Shown: one piece after another, positions 47,545 to 59,490 of the stretch
How the letters are laid out: each line of letters begins with the position of its first letter
Numbering within the stretch: the first letter of the stretch is position 1
The notes under the pieces: model-generated
Told to the model about the DNA's origin: nothing
Databases searched by the model: none
The model's input: the letters and a program-made list of their open reading frames with translations, nothing else
Made by a program: the position numbers and the translations under genes
Assembly (NCBI RefSeq): GCF_988242995.1
Contig: NZ_OZ547043.1
Strand: one strand, 5' to 3'
DNA: 64,000 nt

Positions 47545-48821
47545 TTCGCCTCCCCAATGCGTTCCAGTACGGACTGCACCATCTGCATTCCTGTCTGACG
47601 CTCACGACTGACGGCTTCGCTAAGTCGTGCGTTCAGCGCCGGAAGCTGGCCTAAGGTATCCGCAACCATCGCTTGCAGGCTGCCGTCCAGTAAATGACGG
47701 ATATCAATCGCCATCTCCGGTAGTCCCAACTGCTGCATAATCCCGGCGGATTTATGTTCATAGTTGATGGCAATCGCCGGAGTAGCAAAGTTCATTGAGA
47801 TAATGGCGGAGTGCAGGCGCGTACCGACGGTGAGTTCACAGGCCCCCAGAATTTTGCCCATTTCCAGATCGTTGAGTTCATCCATCACTACGTGATAACG
47901 GGCAGGATCGCTGATGTGCTGGCGTAGGTTGAGCGCCACCATTCGGTCGTCTTTGTTATAGCTGTCGATGCCCGTACAGGTGGATAGCGCAATCACCTGA
48001 TACCCTTCGTCGAGAATGCGATTGACCACCCCGGCAAAGGCTTTTTCATACGCTTGTTGAGTGGTGCCGAGACGTTTGTCGAACGGTGCCAGTTCGCGCA
48101 GGGTAATTGCCACCGTTTTCTGTTGTGCGGCAACGTCCAGCCAGTGTTGGACGGCATAGCTGGCGGTGAAATCTTCTGTGTGGTGATCGACCAGCCACGC
48201 GGTATCGACGCCATCTTCCACTTTTGCAGTGGTGATATTGCTGCGTTTCATCAGTTCGAGACTGACCGATTCGCGCAGGATCAGCGCGTTACAGTGACCA
48301 AAAACGTAGTTCGCCAGTTGGTTAAATTGCTCATCCTGGAAGGGACCGACGCTGTGACCAATCATAAACAGCGGCTTTTTCGCCATAAATGTGCAAAGCG
48401 CATGTTCAAACTGCGGCACGCCGTAGAGATCGACAAAAAACGATCCGCCGACCTGAATAATGGCGTCGTAACCTGACAGCAGGCGCACGAAGTCGGTGAA
48501 TCCCTGGGCGATGGCGATATTACGCAGCTTGCCAGTGTCAGTGACGCGTGAGAGCAATACCTGGTGTTGATAGCGGCGACGGAGGACTTTTTTAACGCGC
48601 CCGACAACGCCCGCCGCGCTGTTGTGTTGTTTCATTTGCAGGAACAGCGGATCGCCCATTACCGGGCGGTTGAGCAGCCAGGAAGAACTGACCGGATAGC
48701 GGCTCATCACGTCCACTTCGGCTTGTGGATTGAGGATGTTGATGGCATCAAGTAAGCCGCGCAAGATGGCGCTGTCGCCACGATTGCCGCAAGTGTGGTT
48801 GCCCAGAATAAGTAATTTCAT
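47541..48821 (-). CDS. wcaK: colanic acid pyruvyl transferase WcaK
   Basis: 426 aa; synteny. Confidence 0.85.
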   Translation of the reverse strand: MKLLILGNHTCGNRGDSAILRGLLDAINILNPQAEVDVMSRYPVSSSWLLNRPVMGDPLFLQMKQHNSAAGVVGRVKKVLRRRYQHQVLLSRVTDTGKLRNIAIAQGFTDFVRLLSGYDAIIQVGGSFFVDLYGVPQFEHALCTFMAKKPLFMIGHSVGPFQDEQFNQLANYVFGHCNALILRESVSLELMKRSNITTAKVEDGVDTAWLVDHHTEDFTASYAVQHWLDVAAQQKTVAITLRELAPFDKRLGTTQQAYEKAFAGVVNRILDEGYQVIALSTCTGIDSYNKDDRMVALNLRQHISDPARYHVVMDELNDLEMGKILGACELTVGTRLHSAIISMNFATPAIAINYEHKSAGIMQQLGLPEMAIDIRHLLDGSLQAMVADTLGQLPALNARLSEAVSRERQTGMQMVQSVLERIGEAK

Positions 48822-48882
48822 TTTTTCCTCATAAATTTGATGCCAGGTGAGGCTGCGTTTGTTTTGTTCGTTGCCGCTTTTT

Positions 48883-49070
48883 GCCTGATGCGACGCTGAC
48901 GCGTCTTATCAGGCCTACAAGACCCGAGCACAGAACCGTAGGCCGGATAAGGCGTTCACGCCGCATCCGGCATTCAGTGCCTGATGCGACGCTGACGCGT
49001 CTTATCAGGCCTACAGGTCCCGAGCACAGAACCGTAGGATGGATAAGGCGTTTTACGCCGCATCCGGCAA
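48883..49070. repeat. tandem REP/BIME units (about 96-bp period)
   Basis: GCCTGATGCGACGCTGACGCGTCTTATCAGGCCTAC...GCCGCATCCGGCA repeated twice nearly identically. Confidence 0.85.
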
Positions 49071-49096
49071 CCGTTGTCGGAACCGAAAACAGCAAC

Positions 49097-50575
49097 TCAC
49101 CCCGCCCGTAAAAGCATTTTCATTTTTTCGCTGCGACAAAACTGACGCTTCACTTCCACCACCAGCGGATGGCGCGACAGCACAATCATCACCACAAACG
49201 CCAGCACGCCCGCGGCTATTTGCACCGCCAGCAGCATCCCCAGCGCCAGTTGCCCTTTCAGCACAATGCCCAGCGCATAACTAACCACCAGCGTCGGCAG
49301 CGAGAGGTAAAACGGCAGCCACAAACTCAGGATGTACTGGCGATAACTGGAACCAAGAACCGGTTTAATCATCACGAAGTAACTCAGAATGGTGTTGATA
49401 ATCTGCACCAGCAGGAAACCGAGCGTGACGCCGATTGCGCCCGCCATCTGCCCACCAATAACAATCGCCGGAATAAACAGAAAGGTTTTGAATACGTTGA
49501 ATTTAAAGCTGATGTCGACCCGCGCTTTCGCCATCAGCAGCGAACCAATCGGGTTACCCACGGAGCGCAGCAGACCCACAATACACAGCAATTGCAGCAC
49601 CGGAATAATGCTGTTCCACTTTTCGCCGAATACCAGCGGTACGAAGTTATTCGACACCACCATCAGCCCCAGCAGCGCCGGAAAGTTGATAATCCCCACC
49701 ACCGACAGCAGTTTGTAGAAGTTAATACGCAGCTTTTCGGTGTCGTCCTGAATTTTGGCAAACGCCGGAAACAACACACGGGTGATGATTGGGTTCAGCT
49801 TCATCGGTGGCACAACGGCCACGTTGTACGCCAGGTTGTACCCCCCTGCCACGCTCGCGCCGAGAATACGCGCCAGCACCAGCGTTGAAAGGTTGGTATT
49901 GAGATAGTTGATGATGCTGTCCGCCGTCAGCCAGGCACCAAAGCGTAAGTTCGGTGCCACCGACGCCAGCGAGAAATGCAGACCGGGGCGATAAATTTTG
50001 CGACCAAAGTAGCCAAACAGCAGCGTTCTTACCGCACTATTGACCAGATAACCGAGGATCGCGGTCATCGCCAGCGGCCAGAAATGGGCGCTAACCACCG
50101 TAAAAGTGAAGCCCGCCAGCACCGCGCTGGTTTCGATCATGCCGATTTTGTTGAACTCCAGTTCCTTCTGCATCAACGCGCGGAACTGCTGCCCGTGGGG
50201 GATCACCACAAACGCCAGCGACAATGTTTTAATCAACGGTGCCAGGTCCGGGTTGTTCAGCACGTCGCCGATGAGATCACTCAACAAAAACACCGCCACG
50301 CACACCACAAGCCCCAGCCCGACGTTCAGCCAGTACAACGTGGTGAGTTCAAGGTGGCTGATTTCTTTTCGCTGAATAATCGAGTTAGCGATACCAAAGT
50401 CAGAAAGCGTATCTGCCAGCGCGATGATCACCAGCGACACGGTAAGCAAACCGAACTGGTGGTTGTCGATAATCCGCGCCAGCACGGTCATCTGCACCAG
50501 CCCGAGGCCGATGATGATCACCGTGGCAATCGCCGACCACTTCGCGCCGCTGATGGTTTTTTCACGTAAGCTCAT
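49097..50575 (-). CDS. wzxC: colanic acid flippase
   Basis: 492-aa polytopic membrane protein; synteny. Confidence 0.85.
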   Translation of the reverse strand: MSLREKTISGAKWSAIATVIIIGLGLVQMTVLARIIDNHQFGLLTVSLVIIALADTLSDFGIANSIIQRKEISHLELTTLYWLNVGLGLVVCVAVFLLSDLIGDVLNNPDLAPLIKTLSLAFVVIPHGQQFRALMQKELEFNKIGMIETSAVLAGFTFTVVSAHFWPLAMTAILGYLVNSAVRTLLFGYFGRKIYRPGLHFSLASVAPNLRFGAWLTADSIINYLNTNLSTLVLARILGASVAGGYNLAYNVAVVPPMKLNPIITRVLFPAFAKIQDDTEKLRINFYKLLSVVGIINFPALLGLMVVSNNFVPLVFGEKWNSIIPVLQLLCIVGLLRSVGNPIGSLLMAKARVDISFKFNVFKTFLFIPAIVIGGQMAGAIGVTLGFLLVQIINTILSYFVMIKPVLGSSYRQYILSLWLPFYLSLPTLVVSYALGIVLKGQLALGMLLAVQIAAGVLAFVVMIVLSRHPLVVEVKRQFCRSEKMKMLLRAG

Positions 50576-50576
50576 A

Positions 50577-51971
50577 TCAATATGCCGCTTTGTTAACGAA
50601 GCCTTTGAATACCGTCAGGAAAACGATTTTGATATCGAACCAGACGCTCCATTCGCGGATGTACTCAAGGTCGAACTCGACGCGTTTTTCCATTTTCTCC
50701 AGCGTGTCGGTTTCGCCGCGCCAGCCATTAATCTGCGCCCAGCCGGTAATGCCCGGTTTCACCTTATGGCGCAGCATGTAGCCTTCAATGAGCTGGCGAT
50801 ACTGTTCGTTATGCGCCACCGCGTGCGGACGTGGACCCACAATCGACATCCCCCCGGTCAGCACATTGATAAACTGCGGCAGTTCATCCAGCGAGGTGCG
50901 GCGCAGAAAGTTCCCCACTTTGGTGACGCGCGGATCGTTCTGCGTCGCCTGAGTCACCACTTTGTCGTTCTCCATCACTTTCATAGAACGGAACTTCCAC
51001 ACTTTGATCGGCTTGCCATCCATGCCGTAGCGAGTCTGGCGGAAAATAACCGGCCCCGGTGAGCTCAGTTTCACCGCCAGCGCAATGCAGCACAGCACCG
51101 GGGAGATCAGCAGCAGGATAAGCGTCGCCAGCACAATGTCTTCTGCACGTTTTATCAGACGGTTAACCCCGGAAAGCGGCGTGTCATACAGCGGCACCAC
51201 CGGTACGCCGTTCATCTCTTCGATACGGGAATGGAGAATGTTGAAGGTAAAGACATCGGGGATCAGCAGCACCGAACAGGTGGTGTCCGCCAGTTGATGG
51301 ACCAGTTTTTTCACTCGCGCGCCGTCGCACATCTGCATCGCGATATAGACGTTATGAATCTTGCCCGCTTTCGCATCCTCGACCAGTTGTTGCAGATTGC
51401 CCGCCCAGTCGTTAGAAACGCCGCCCGGTTTTGGGTCGTGGTATACGCCCACCACTTCAAACCCTAACCACGGCTGATTACGGAAGCTCTCCATCAGCAT
51501 TTGTCCGGCGGCTAAATCCCCCGCCACCGCGACCATCCGCTTGTTATAGCCATGATTACGCAGCCAGCCCGCCCCAATGCGAATACATGAACGGCAAACC
51601 ACCAGTCCGATGCTGGTCAGCCCATACCACGCCAGCCAGATTTTCAGTTGCGTGTCGAAATCATTGTTGAACGCCACCAGTCCGGCGCTGAAAATCACGC
51701 TTAAGGTCCAGTTTTGTAGCAGCAGGGCAAATTCTGTCGCGGCCCGAACACCGCGCCATGAGCGATAAAAATCGGTGATGCCGCCCAGCATCTGGAACAC
51801 CACCAGCGTAATCAGCGCCACCAACAGGTGCATGTAGAGGAATGACAGTCCGCTGACTTCGCAAACCAGCCATAGCCCGGCAAACATGATGGTGATATCT
51901 GAAAAGCGTTGCACCATAGAGATTAACGATGCATTGGTTTTCGCTCGCTCGCGCTTTTTTAGATTTGTCAT
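50577..51971 (-). CDS. wcaJ: UDP-glucose:undecaprenyl-phosphate glucose-1-phosphate transferase
   Basis: 464 aa; conserved sugar-transferase C-terminal domain. Confidence 0.85.
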   Translation of the reverse strand: MTNLKKRERAKTNASLISMVQRFSDITIMFAGLWLVCEVSGLSFLYMHLLVALITLVVFQMLGGITDFYRSWRGVRAATEFALLLQNWTLSVIFSAGLVAFNNDFDTQLKIWLAWYGLTSIGLVVCRSCIRIGAGWLRNHGYNKRMVAVAGDLAAGQMLMESFRNQPWLGFEVVGVYHDPKPGGVSNDWAGNLQQLVEDAKAGKIHNVYIAMQMCDGARVKKLVHQLADTTCSVLLIPDVFTFNILHSRIEEMNGVPVVPLYDTPLSGVNRLIKRAEDIVLATLILLLISPVLCCIALAVKLSSPGPVIFRQTRYGMDGKPIKVWKFRSMKVMENDKVVTQATQNDPRVTKVGNFLRRTSLDELPQFINVLTGGMSIVGPRPHAVAHNEQYRQLIEGYMLRHKVKPGITGWAQINGWRGETDTLEKMEKRVEFDLEYIREWSVWFDIKIVFLTVFKGFVNKAAY

Positions 51972-51993
51972 CGTTGTTCCTGTTATATTGTCG

Positions 51994-52094
51994 CCTCGCC
52001 CCTCACCCCGGCCCTCTCCCCAAAGGGGCGAGGGGGAGAAGAAAGTTCCGTGCTCACTTCTCTCCGCAGGCAGTAGAGCGTCAGGGTGAGGGGG
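51994..52094. repeat. GC-rich interleaved inverted repeats in the wcaJ-cpsG spacer
   Basis: CCTCGCCCC pairs with GGGGCGAGG; CCCCTCACCCC pairs with GGGTGAGGGGG. Confidence 0.5.
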
Positions 52095-52106
52095 AAAGTA
52101 ATGACA

Positions 52107-53477
52107 TTACTCGTTCAGCAACGTCAGCAGAGTTCGCGTTCGCGCTTCCATCAGCGGCACATCACCGCGCGATTCCACATTCAGGCGCACCACCGGTTCG
52201 GTGTTGGAGGAGCGCAGGTTAAAGCGCCAGTCGGCAAAGGTCATGCTGATACCATCGGTGCGATCCACCGCCAGCGCCTCACGACTAAAATGCTGTTCGA
52301 CGCGATTAATCGCCTCAACGGGTTGCGCCAGTTTGCTGTTGATCTCACCGCTTGCCGGAAACGCCGCCATCCGGTCGCGCACCAGTTCGCCCAGCGTTTT
52401 TCCTTTCAGGCACACCAGTTCGGCTACCAGCAGCCACGGGATCATGCCGCTGTCGCAGTAAGCGAAATCACGGAAGTAATGGTGAGCGCTCATTTCGCCA
52501 CCGTAGATGGCGTCTTCCTTGCGCATCCGTTCTTTAATAAAGGCGTGTCCGGTTTTCGACATTACCGGGGTGCCGCCTGCGGCAGTCACCACATCAATAG
52601 TGTTCCAGGAGAGACGCGGATCATGGATGATCTTCGCGCCGGGATTTTTTTCGAGGAACGCTTCTGCCAGCAGGCCGACAATGTAGTAGCCCTCGATAAA
52701 CTGCCCTTTTTCGTCAAACAGAAAACAGCGGTCAAAATCGCCATCAAAGGCAATGCCCATATCCGCGCCGTGTTTGATGACCGCATTGCGGGTGTCGTCG
52801 CGGCATTCCGGCAGTAGCGGGTTAGGAATACCGTTGGGGAAATTGCCGTCCGGCGTGTTGTGCACTTTGATTAATTCCACGGGTGCGCCGAGGGCGTTAA
52901 AGCGGGCTTCGATAGCGTCCACCACCGGACCCGCCGCGCCGTTCCCGGAGTTGATCACCAGCTTGAGCGGCGTGAGGTTTTTGACATTGATATAACCGAA
53001 CAGGTGATCAACGTAAGCATCACGCAGATTGATTTGCTGATAGCGACCGCGTTTGGTTTCATCGACGGGAGGAAAGTCGTTGGCTTCAGCCAGACGCTGG
53101 ACGTCGCGCAGTCCGGTATCTCCGCTGATCGGGCGAGCCCCCTCGCGAACCAGCTTCATGCCGTTATAATCCATCGGATTATGGCTGGCGGTAACTTCAA
53201 TGCCGCCATCCACGCCGAGATGGAACGTGGCGAAATAGATCTCTTCGGTGCCGGACATACCAATATCCAGCACGTCAACGCCCGCATCCTGTAAACCTTT
53301 TGCCAGCGCCAGTTTTAAGGTTTCGCTGGTGAGACGGACATCACCGCCTAACACAATGGTTTTCGGTTTGAGAAATTCGCCATAAGCGCGACCAATGCGC
53401 CAGGCAATATCTTCATTCAATTCTTCGCCTAATTTCCCGCGAATATCATAGGCTTTAAAGCAGGTTAATTTTTTCAT
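52107..53477 (-). CDS. cpsG: phosphomannomutase
   Basis: 456 aa from [14 protein letters not shown]; active-site TASHNP. Confidence 0.9.
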   Translation of the reverse strand: MKKLTCFKAYDIRGKLGEELNEDIAWRIGRAYGEFLKPKTIVLGGDVRLTSETLKLALAKGLQDAGVDVLDIGMSGTEEIYFATFHLGVDGGIEVTASHNPMDYNGMKLVREGARPISGDTGLRDVQRLAEANDFPPVDETKRGRYQQINLRDAYVDHLFGYINVKNLTPLKLVINSGNGAAGPVVDAIEARFNALGAPVELIKVHNTPDGNFPNGIPNPLLPECRDDTRNAVIKHGADMGIAFDGDFDRCFLFDEKGQFIEGYYIVGLLAEAFLEKNPGAKIIHDPRLSWNTIDVVTAAGGTPVMSKTGHAFIKERMRKEDAIYGGEMSAHHYFRDFAYCDSGMIPWLLVAELVCLKGKTLGELVRDRMAAFPASGEINSKLAQPVEAINRVEQHFSREALAVDRTDGISMTFADWRFNLRSSNTEPVVRLNVESRGDVPLMEARTRTLLTLLNE

Positions 53478-53555
53478 ATCGTTACCCTTTTTCAGGCAAT
53501 AGTTGGTCCTGACCGAAGCGGCCAATTTTATTTTTGTCGTTATTTACACCGCGGT

Positions 53556-53669
<114 letters not shown>

Positions 53670-55106
53670 TTACACCCGTCCGTAGCGATCCGCGAAGCGC
53701 ACCACATCATCCTCTTCGAGATAAGAGCCGGAGCGCACTTCAATTAAATCGAGCGGAATTTTCCCCGGGTTTTCCAGGCAGTGCGTCGCCCCCAGCGGAA
53801 TATAAATGGACTCGTTTTCACCAAGCAGTTTGATATCACCGTCAATGGTGACTTTTGCCGTTCCCGCAACCACCACCCAGTGTTCCGCGCGGTGATGGTG
53901 CATCTGTACCGACAAGCCCTCGCCCGGTTTCACGGTGATGCGTTTCACCTGGTAGCGGTCGCCCGCGTCGATAGAGTCATATTTGCCCCACGGACGATAC
54001 ACTTCGCGATGCACCCGATGCTCATGGCGACCATCGGCTTTGATCTGCTCGACCACTTTTTTCACATCCTGCACCGCGTTACGGTCGGCAATCAGCACCG
54101 CATCTTTGGTCTGCACCACTACCAGATCTTTCACCCCGACGGTGGTGACCAGGCCAGATTCGGCGTACACATAGCTGTTTTCAGTTTTGTGATTAATCAC
54201 ATCTCCGTGGCAAACGTTGCCCTCGGCGGTGTGGGCGCTAATTTCCCATAATGAGGACCAGGAGCCGACATCGCTCCAGCCCGCATCCATCGGTACCACA
54301 ACGGCATCTGCCGTACGTTCCATGACCGCGTAATCCACCGACTCTTCCGGGCAGGCGAGAAACGCTTCTTCATCCACACGAATAAAATCAAGATCCGGAT
54401 CGACGGAGCTCATCGCTTTTTCACAGGCATCAAGAATATCCGGGCGATATTTTTTCAGTTCTTCGAGATAGCGTCCGGCGCGGAACAGGAACATGCCGCT
54501 GTTCCAGTAATATTCGCCGCTTGCCACATAGGCCTGAGCGGTTTCAAGATTCGGTTTTTCGACAAACTGCGCCACTTCAAAGGCCACCGTATCCTGCTCA
54601 CCCGCAGACACTTCACCGCGACGAATATAGCCATAACCGGTTTCTGGTAGATCCGGCACAATGCCAAAGGTCACCAGCTTGCCCGCTTCGGCATATGGCA
54701 TGGCATTACGCACGGCGGCACGGAACGCGTCTTCATCGGCAATCACATGATCCGCCGCCAATACCAGCATTAACGGGTCGCTCTCCGGGCTATGACGTTT
54801 TGCCGCCAGCGCCGCCAACGCAATGGCAGGTGCAGTGTTACGCCCTGCAGGTTCGAGAATAATGTTCTCGGTGAGTTTGTTCAGTTGACGCAGCTGTTCC
54901 GCGACAATAAAGCGGTGCTGCTCATTGCAAATCACCACCGGGCTTTCGCACTCCACGCCGTTTAGGCGGCAGATGGTGGTTTGCAGCATGGTGAGATCGC
55001 CTTTCAGGCATAAAAACTGCTTGGGATAAAGTACGCGGGAAAGCGGCCATAAGCGGCTACCGGAGCCACCTGCCATCACAACTGGATAGAGTTTCGACTG
55101 CGCCAT
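53670..55106 (-). CDS. cpsB: mannose-1-phosphate guanylyltransferase
   Basis: 478 aa; C-terminal cupin. Confidence 0.9.
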   Translation of the reverse strand: MAQSKLYPVVMAGGSGSRLWPLSRVLYPKQFLCLKGDLTMLQTTICRLNGVECESPVVICNEQHRFIVAEQLRQLNKLTENIILEPAGRNTAPAIALAALAAKRHSPESDPLMLVLAADHVIADEDAFRAAVRNAMPYAEAGKLVTFGIVPDLPETGYGYIRRGEVSAGEQDTVAFEVAQFVEKPNLETAQAYVASGEYYWNSGMFLFRAGRYLEELKKYRPDILDACEKAMSSVDPDLDFIRVDEEAFLACPEESVDYAVMERTADAVVVPMDAGWSDVGSWSSLWEISAHTAEGNVCHGDVINHKTENSYVYAESGLVTTVGVKDLVVVQTKDAVLIADRNAVQDVKKVVEQIKADGRHEHRVHREVYRPWGKYDSIDAGDRYQVKRITVKPGEGLSVQMHHHRAEHWVVVAGTAKVTIDGDIKLLGENESIYIPLGATHCLENPGKIPLDLIEVRSGSYLEEDDVVRFADRYGRV

Positions 55107-55108
55107 AA

Positions 55109-56332
55109 TTATCCCCGAATATCATTTATAAATTGACGTAACACGTTCTCTTTATCGAGCGTGCGTTCGGCATATTCACGTGCCACCGTGTTGTGTTTGG
55201 GCAGCAGGAGCGCCTGACGGATCCCCGCCACCAGCGCCTCGACCGATTCCGGTTCTACGCAAACCGCAATGCCCGGAAAGGTTTCGCAAAGCTGCCCCAG
55301 TTCTGTGTGGGCTTCTGCGGTAATCACCGCGTTACCGCCTACCGCCAGAATATTGGTCAGTTTCGACGGCAATACGGCATCTGCCGCGCCGCGTTTTTGC
55401 ACCACCAGATGGCAATCGCCCATCTTCAGCAGTGCGGGTAAAGCGTCATACGATTGCAGCGGGAAAAATTGCATGTTGCGCAGTCCACGCTGCTGCGCCA
55501 TTTTTTCCAGCCGCGCTTTGCCGCCGCCTTGCCCGACAATGGCAAAAATCAGCGGTTCATCGCGCAGGCGATCGGCAGCTTCAATAACGTTTTCCAGCCC
55601 CTGCTTTTCACCAATATTGCCGGAGTAAAGAATGATTTTTTTGTTATCCGGCAGGCCAAGCTGGTTACGAAGGGCATCAACATCGGCATCTGCAACATGC
55701 TGAAAACGGGCAATTTCCGACCAGTTGGGGAAGAAAATGACGTTTTCCGCCGCCACGCCTTTTTCGATGGCTTTATTCATCATCGAACGCGAAATCGTGG
55801 AGACGTTATCGACGTTATGCAATCCGCTACGTTCGAACGCCGTTGCCAGCTGTGCCACTTTGCCGCCTTTGCCTTTTCCGGCAAGGCCCAGCCCCAGCAT
55901 GGCGTCCACTTCGTAATCCTGAATATGCAGCACGGTACGCGCACCAGAGAGTTTCGCCAGCAGGCGCATTCCCGGCGTGCAAAACAGCGTTGGCACCACG
56001 CCGATAATGCGATCCGGCTTCCAGCGACGTTGCGCCATCAGAGGAAAGAAACTGCTGACGGCAAAACTGCTGAGATGTAACAGGCGTTTCAGGGTGCTCG
56101 GCTGTTTTGGCACGTACAGCGGGCAGCGCCACACCGTGGCGGCCCCCTCTTCTCGTTTGTAGCGCCAGGCGGAATAGTTCTCGCCCACCTGCCACTGCGG
56201 GTAGTAAGGCGGTGCGGTAATAACCCGCACCTCATGACCTTGTGCCGCCAGCCATTCCACCATCTCGCCGGTGTATTTGCCGATACCGGTTAACTCCGGC
56301 GAGTAGTTAATGCCGTAGACCAGTATTTTCAT
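55109..56332 (-). CDS. wcaI: colanic acid glycosyltransferase WcaI
   Basis: 407 aa GT-B; synteny. Confidence 0.85.
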   Translation of the reverse strand: MKILVYGINYSPELTGIGKYTGEMVEWLAAQGHEVRVITAPPYYPQWQVGENYSAWRYKREEGAATVWRCPLYVPKQPSTLKRLLHLSSFAVSSFFPLMAQRRWKPDRIIGVVPTLFCTPGMRLLAKLSGARTVLHIQDYEVDAMLGLGLAGKGKGGKVAQLATAFERSGLHNVDNVSTISRSMMNKAIEKGVAAENVIFFPNWSEIARFQHVADADVDALRNQLGLPDNKKIILYSGNIGEKQGLENVIEAADRLRDEPLIFAIVGQGGGKARLEKMAQQRGLRNMQFFPLQSYDALPALLKMGDCHLVVQKRGAADAVLPSKLTNILAVGGNAVITAEAHTELGQLCETFPGIAVCVEPESVEALVAGIRQALLLPKHNTVAREYAERTLDKENVLRQFINDIRG

Positions 56333-56811
56333 AATCCGGGTACTCCGGCACGCTTCTCAGCGAGAAAATAGGCGCGGCTGTTAGCGTGAACATCGTTACT
56401 GGCGAGCAGCGCGTCCGGCGTCAGCCAGCGGTAATCGTCATGCTGCTCATCCGGCAGTATCAGATCTTCTTCAGCGACTCTGAAGCGAAAACCGAGCACC
56501 ACATAGTGAGTGGTGAAATCCGTGCCGGAGAAGTTATCGTCATAAAAGTGCTGCCAGACACCGTAAAACTGGCCTGCTGTTATCGGCAGACGCAGCCCCA
56601 GTTCCGCCATCGTCAGCCGCTCGAATGCGGCTTCCAGCGTTTCGTCTTTCTGCACGCGCCCTCCCGGCACAAACCAGTAACCCTGCGCCGGGCGGTTGGT
56701 TCTTTTGCCAAGCAGAAACTCGCCGCGACTGTTCTCGACAATAAAGTCGAGAGAGACAAGCGGGGTGGAGCGCACTACCGTGGCAAAGTCTTCCTGACGT
56801 AAAAACATCAT
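56329..56811 (-). CDS. gmm: GDP-mannose mannosyl hydrolase (Nudix)
   Basis: 160 aa with Nudix box; overlaps wcaI by 4 nt. Confidence 0.85.
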   Translation of the reverse strand: MMFLRQEDFATVVRSTPLVSLDFIVENSRGEFLLGKRTNRPAQGYWFVPGGRVQKDETLEAAFERLTMAELGLRLPITAGQFYGVWQHFYDDNFSGTDFTTHYVVLGFRFRVAEEDLILPDEQHDDYRWLTPDALLASNDVHANSRAYFLAEKRAGVPGL

Positions 56812-57776
56812 TACCCCCGAAAGCGGTCTTGATTCTCAAGGAACCACTGGTAAGTGCTGGCAAGCCCCGCTTCCAGTGAGATTTCGTGATACCAGCCAAG
56901 CTGATGCAGGCGCGTCACATCCAGCAGTTTGCGCGGCGTACCATCCGGTTTGCTGGCATCAAAAACCACCCGACCTTTGTAACCCACCACTTTGGCGATG
57001 GTTTGCGCCAGCTCGCGGATAGTGCAGTCAACGCCCGTGCCGACGTTAATGTGCGACAGCATCGGCTGGGTGTTCTCCAGCCAGACTTCGTGCGCCAGCT
57101 CCATGACATGAATGCTCGCCGCCACCATATCATCGACGTGCAGGAATTCACGCATCGGTGTACCGCTGCCCCATACCACCACGTCCGGTGCATTCTGTGC
57201 CGTCGCCTCGTGGAAGCGACGCAGCAATGCAGGGATCACATGCGAATTACTCGGGTGGAAGTTGTCATGCGGGCCATACAGGTTGGTCGGCATGACTGAG
57301 CGGTAATCGCGTCCGTACTGGCGGTTGTATGATTCGCACAGTTTGATCCCGGCGATTTTGGCAATGGCGTAAGGCTCGTTGGTCGGCTCCAGCGTGCCCT
57401 GCAATAACTCGCTTTCTGCCATCGGCTGTTTTGCCAGTTTCGGGTAGATACAGGACGATCCAAGAAACAGCAGTTTGTTCACGTCGTTCTGATGCGCGGC
57501 GTGAATGATGTTGCTCTCAATCATCATGTTCTGGTAGATGAAATCCGCCGGATAGGTGTTGTTGGCAACAATGCCGCCCACTTTCGCCGCCGCCAGATAG
57601 ACCTGGTCAATGCGTTCGCTGGCAAAGAAATCATGCACCGCGCGGCTGTCCAGCAGGTTCAGCTCGTCGCGGGTGCGTAATACCAGTTCCACATCACCGC
57701 GCTGTTCGAGCTGCCGCCTGATGGCAGAACCGACCATCCCACGATGGCCAGCGATAAAAATGCGTTGTTTACTCAT
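56811..57776 (-). CDS. fcl: GDP-L-fucose synthase
   Basis: 321 aa, [19 protein letters not shown]. Confidence 0.9.
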   Translation of the reverse strand: MSKQRIFIAGHRGMVGSAIRRQLEQRGDVELVLRTRDELNLLDSRAVHDFFASERIDQVYLAAAKVGGIVANNTYPADFIYQNMMIESNIIHAAHQNDVNKLLFLGSSCIYPKLAKQPMAESELLQGTLEPTNEPYAIAKIAGIKLCESYNRQYGRDYRSVMPTNLYGPHDNFHPSNSHVIPALLRRFHEATAQNAPDVVVWGSGTPMREFLHVDDMVAASIHVMELAHEVWLENTQPMLSHINVGTGVDCTIRELAQTIAKVVGYKGRVVFDASKPDGTPRKLLDVTRLHQLGWYHEISLEAGLASTYQWFLENQDRFRG

Positions 57777-57778
57777 GC

Positions 57779-58900
57779 TTATGACTCCAGCGCGATCGCC
57801 ACGTCGTAGCCGTGAGATTTCAGCAGAGAGTGTTTTTTCGCCGCTTCGAGGTCATTAGCCACCATTTCAGACACCATCTCTCTGAGGGTGATTTCCGGTT
57901 TCCAGCCCAGTTTTTCGTGCGCTTTGGTCGGGTCGCCGAGCAGCGTTTCAACTTCTGCCGGACGGAAGTAACGCGGGTCAACGGCGATAATCACATCGCC
58001 CGGTTTAACGCCCGGCGCGTCATGCCCGGTGACGGAAACCACAATGCCCTTCTCTTCAACGCCCGTGCCTTCAAAGCGCAGTTTGATGCCCAGCTGTGCT
58101 GCCGCCATTTCCACGAACTGACGCACGGAGTACTGAACGCCGGTCGCGATAACGAAATCTTCCGGCTGTTCCTGTTGCAGCATCATCCACTGCATTTTTA
58201 CGTAGTCTTTGGCATGGCCCCAGTCACGCAGGGAATCCATATTGCCGAGGTACAGGCACGACTCCAGCCCCTGGGCGATATTGGCGATTGCGCGGGTGAT
58301 TTTGCGGGTAACGAAGGTTTCGCCGCGGCGCGGGGATTCATGGTTGAAGAGAATACCGTTACAGGCGTACATGCCGTAGGATTCGCGGTAGTTAACGGTG
58401 ATCCAGTAGGCGTACAGTTTGGCGACAGCATACGGAGAGCGTGGGTAGAACGGCGTGGTTTCTTTCTGCGGAATTTCCTGCACCAGACCATACAGTTCAG
58501 AGGTGGAAGCCTGATAGAAACGGGTTTTCTTTTCCAGACCGAGGAAGCGGATCGCCTCGAGCAGGCGCAGCGTACCCATCGCATCGACGTCTGCGGTATA
58601 TTCCGGTGACTCAAAAGAAACCGCAACGTGGCTCATTGCGCCCAGGTTGTAAACTTCATCCGGCTGCACTTCACGCAAAATGCGTGTCAGGTTGGAGGTA
58701 TCACTCAGGTCGCCATAATGCAGATGGAATTTCGGGTTGCAGGTGTGCGGATCCTGATAAATGTGATCCACGCGCTCGGTGTTGAATGACGATGCACGAC
58801 GCTTAATACCATGCACCTCGTAACCTTTTTCCAGCAGAAACTCTGCCAGGTAAGAACCGTCTTGTCCGGTTACACCGGTGATGAGAGCGACTTTTGACAT
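57779..58900 (-). CDS. gmd: GDP-mannose 4,6-dehydratase
   Basis: 373 aa, [23 protein letters not shown]. Confidence 0.9.
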
Positions 58901-58926
58901 GTCTTATTCCTCTGTATTTTTTGAAT

Positions 58927-59475
58927 TTATTCAGTTTCAACGCGTTCGCGTATCACCACTGCGGGATTCCCCCGGCAAACCACATTTGCCGGAAGCGTTT
59001 TAAAAACACTGCTTCGTGCACCCACGACGGTGCCGTCGCCAATCGTGACGCCAGGGGCAACAAAAACATCGGTTGCCAGCCAGCATTTCTCGCCAATCAC
59101 AATAGGCGTAGCATTAATGGTGAAATGTTGACTTGCATGGTCGTGGCTACCGGTGCATAAATAACTTTTTTGCGATATCACCGAATGTGCGCCAATGGTT
59201 ATTTCACCGAGGGTATATAAATTGACGTCATCGCCGACCCACGCGTAATCACCTAAGGTTAATTTCCACGGATAGGTAATTTTTACTGACGGACGAATAA
59301 CTACGTTTTTTCCTATTTTTGCGCCGAATAAACGTAATAAAAATGCCCGCCAGCGATACAATACTTGTGGCGACCAGGCAAATATTGTTGCCTGTACTGC
59401 CCACCATAATTGCACTTTAATAGCGTTGCCGCCCCGGAACCCTTTCGGCACCGAGAAACCGCTTAAATCTTGCAT
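58927..59475 (-). CDS. wcaF: colanic acid acetyltransferase WcaF
   Basis: 182 aa hexapeptide-repeat protein. Confidence 0.85.
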   Translation of the reverse strand: MQDLSGFSVPKGFRGGNAIKVQLWWAVQATIFAWSPQVLYRWRAFLLRLFGAKIGKNVVIRPSVKITYPWKLTLGDYAWVGDDVNLYTLGEITIGAHSVISQKSYLCTGSHDHASQHFTINATPIVIGEKCWLATDVFVAPGVTIGDGTVVGARSSVFKTLPANVVCRGNPAVVIRERVETE

Positions 59476-59490
59476 CGTTTTCCCTTATAT

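Noticed and set aside
48829-49111. Possible CRISPR array suggested by near-identical repeats and mirrored ORFs on both strands
   Set aside because: Repeats are about 96-bp REP/BIME palindromes directly abutting each other with no unique spacers, and no cas genes are nearby.
49169-49888. 239-aa plus-strand ORF rich in His, Gln and Arg
   Set aside because: Lies entirely antisense within wzxC; composition is typical of a GC-rich shadow frame.
55454-56080. 208-aa plus-strand ORF
   Set aside because: Antisense within wcaI; no independent coding signal.
57812-58609. 265-aa plus-strand ORF
   Set aside because: Antisense within gmd, whose minus-strand product is unmistakable.
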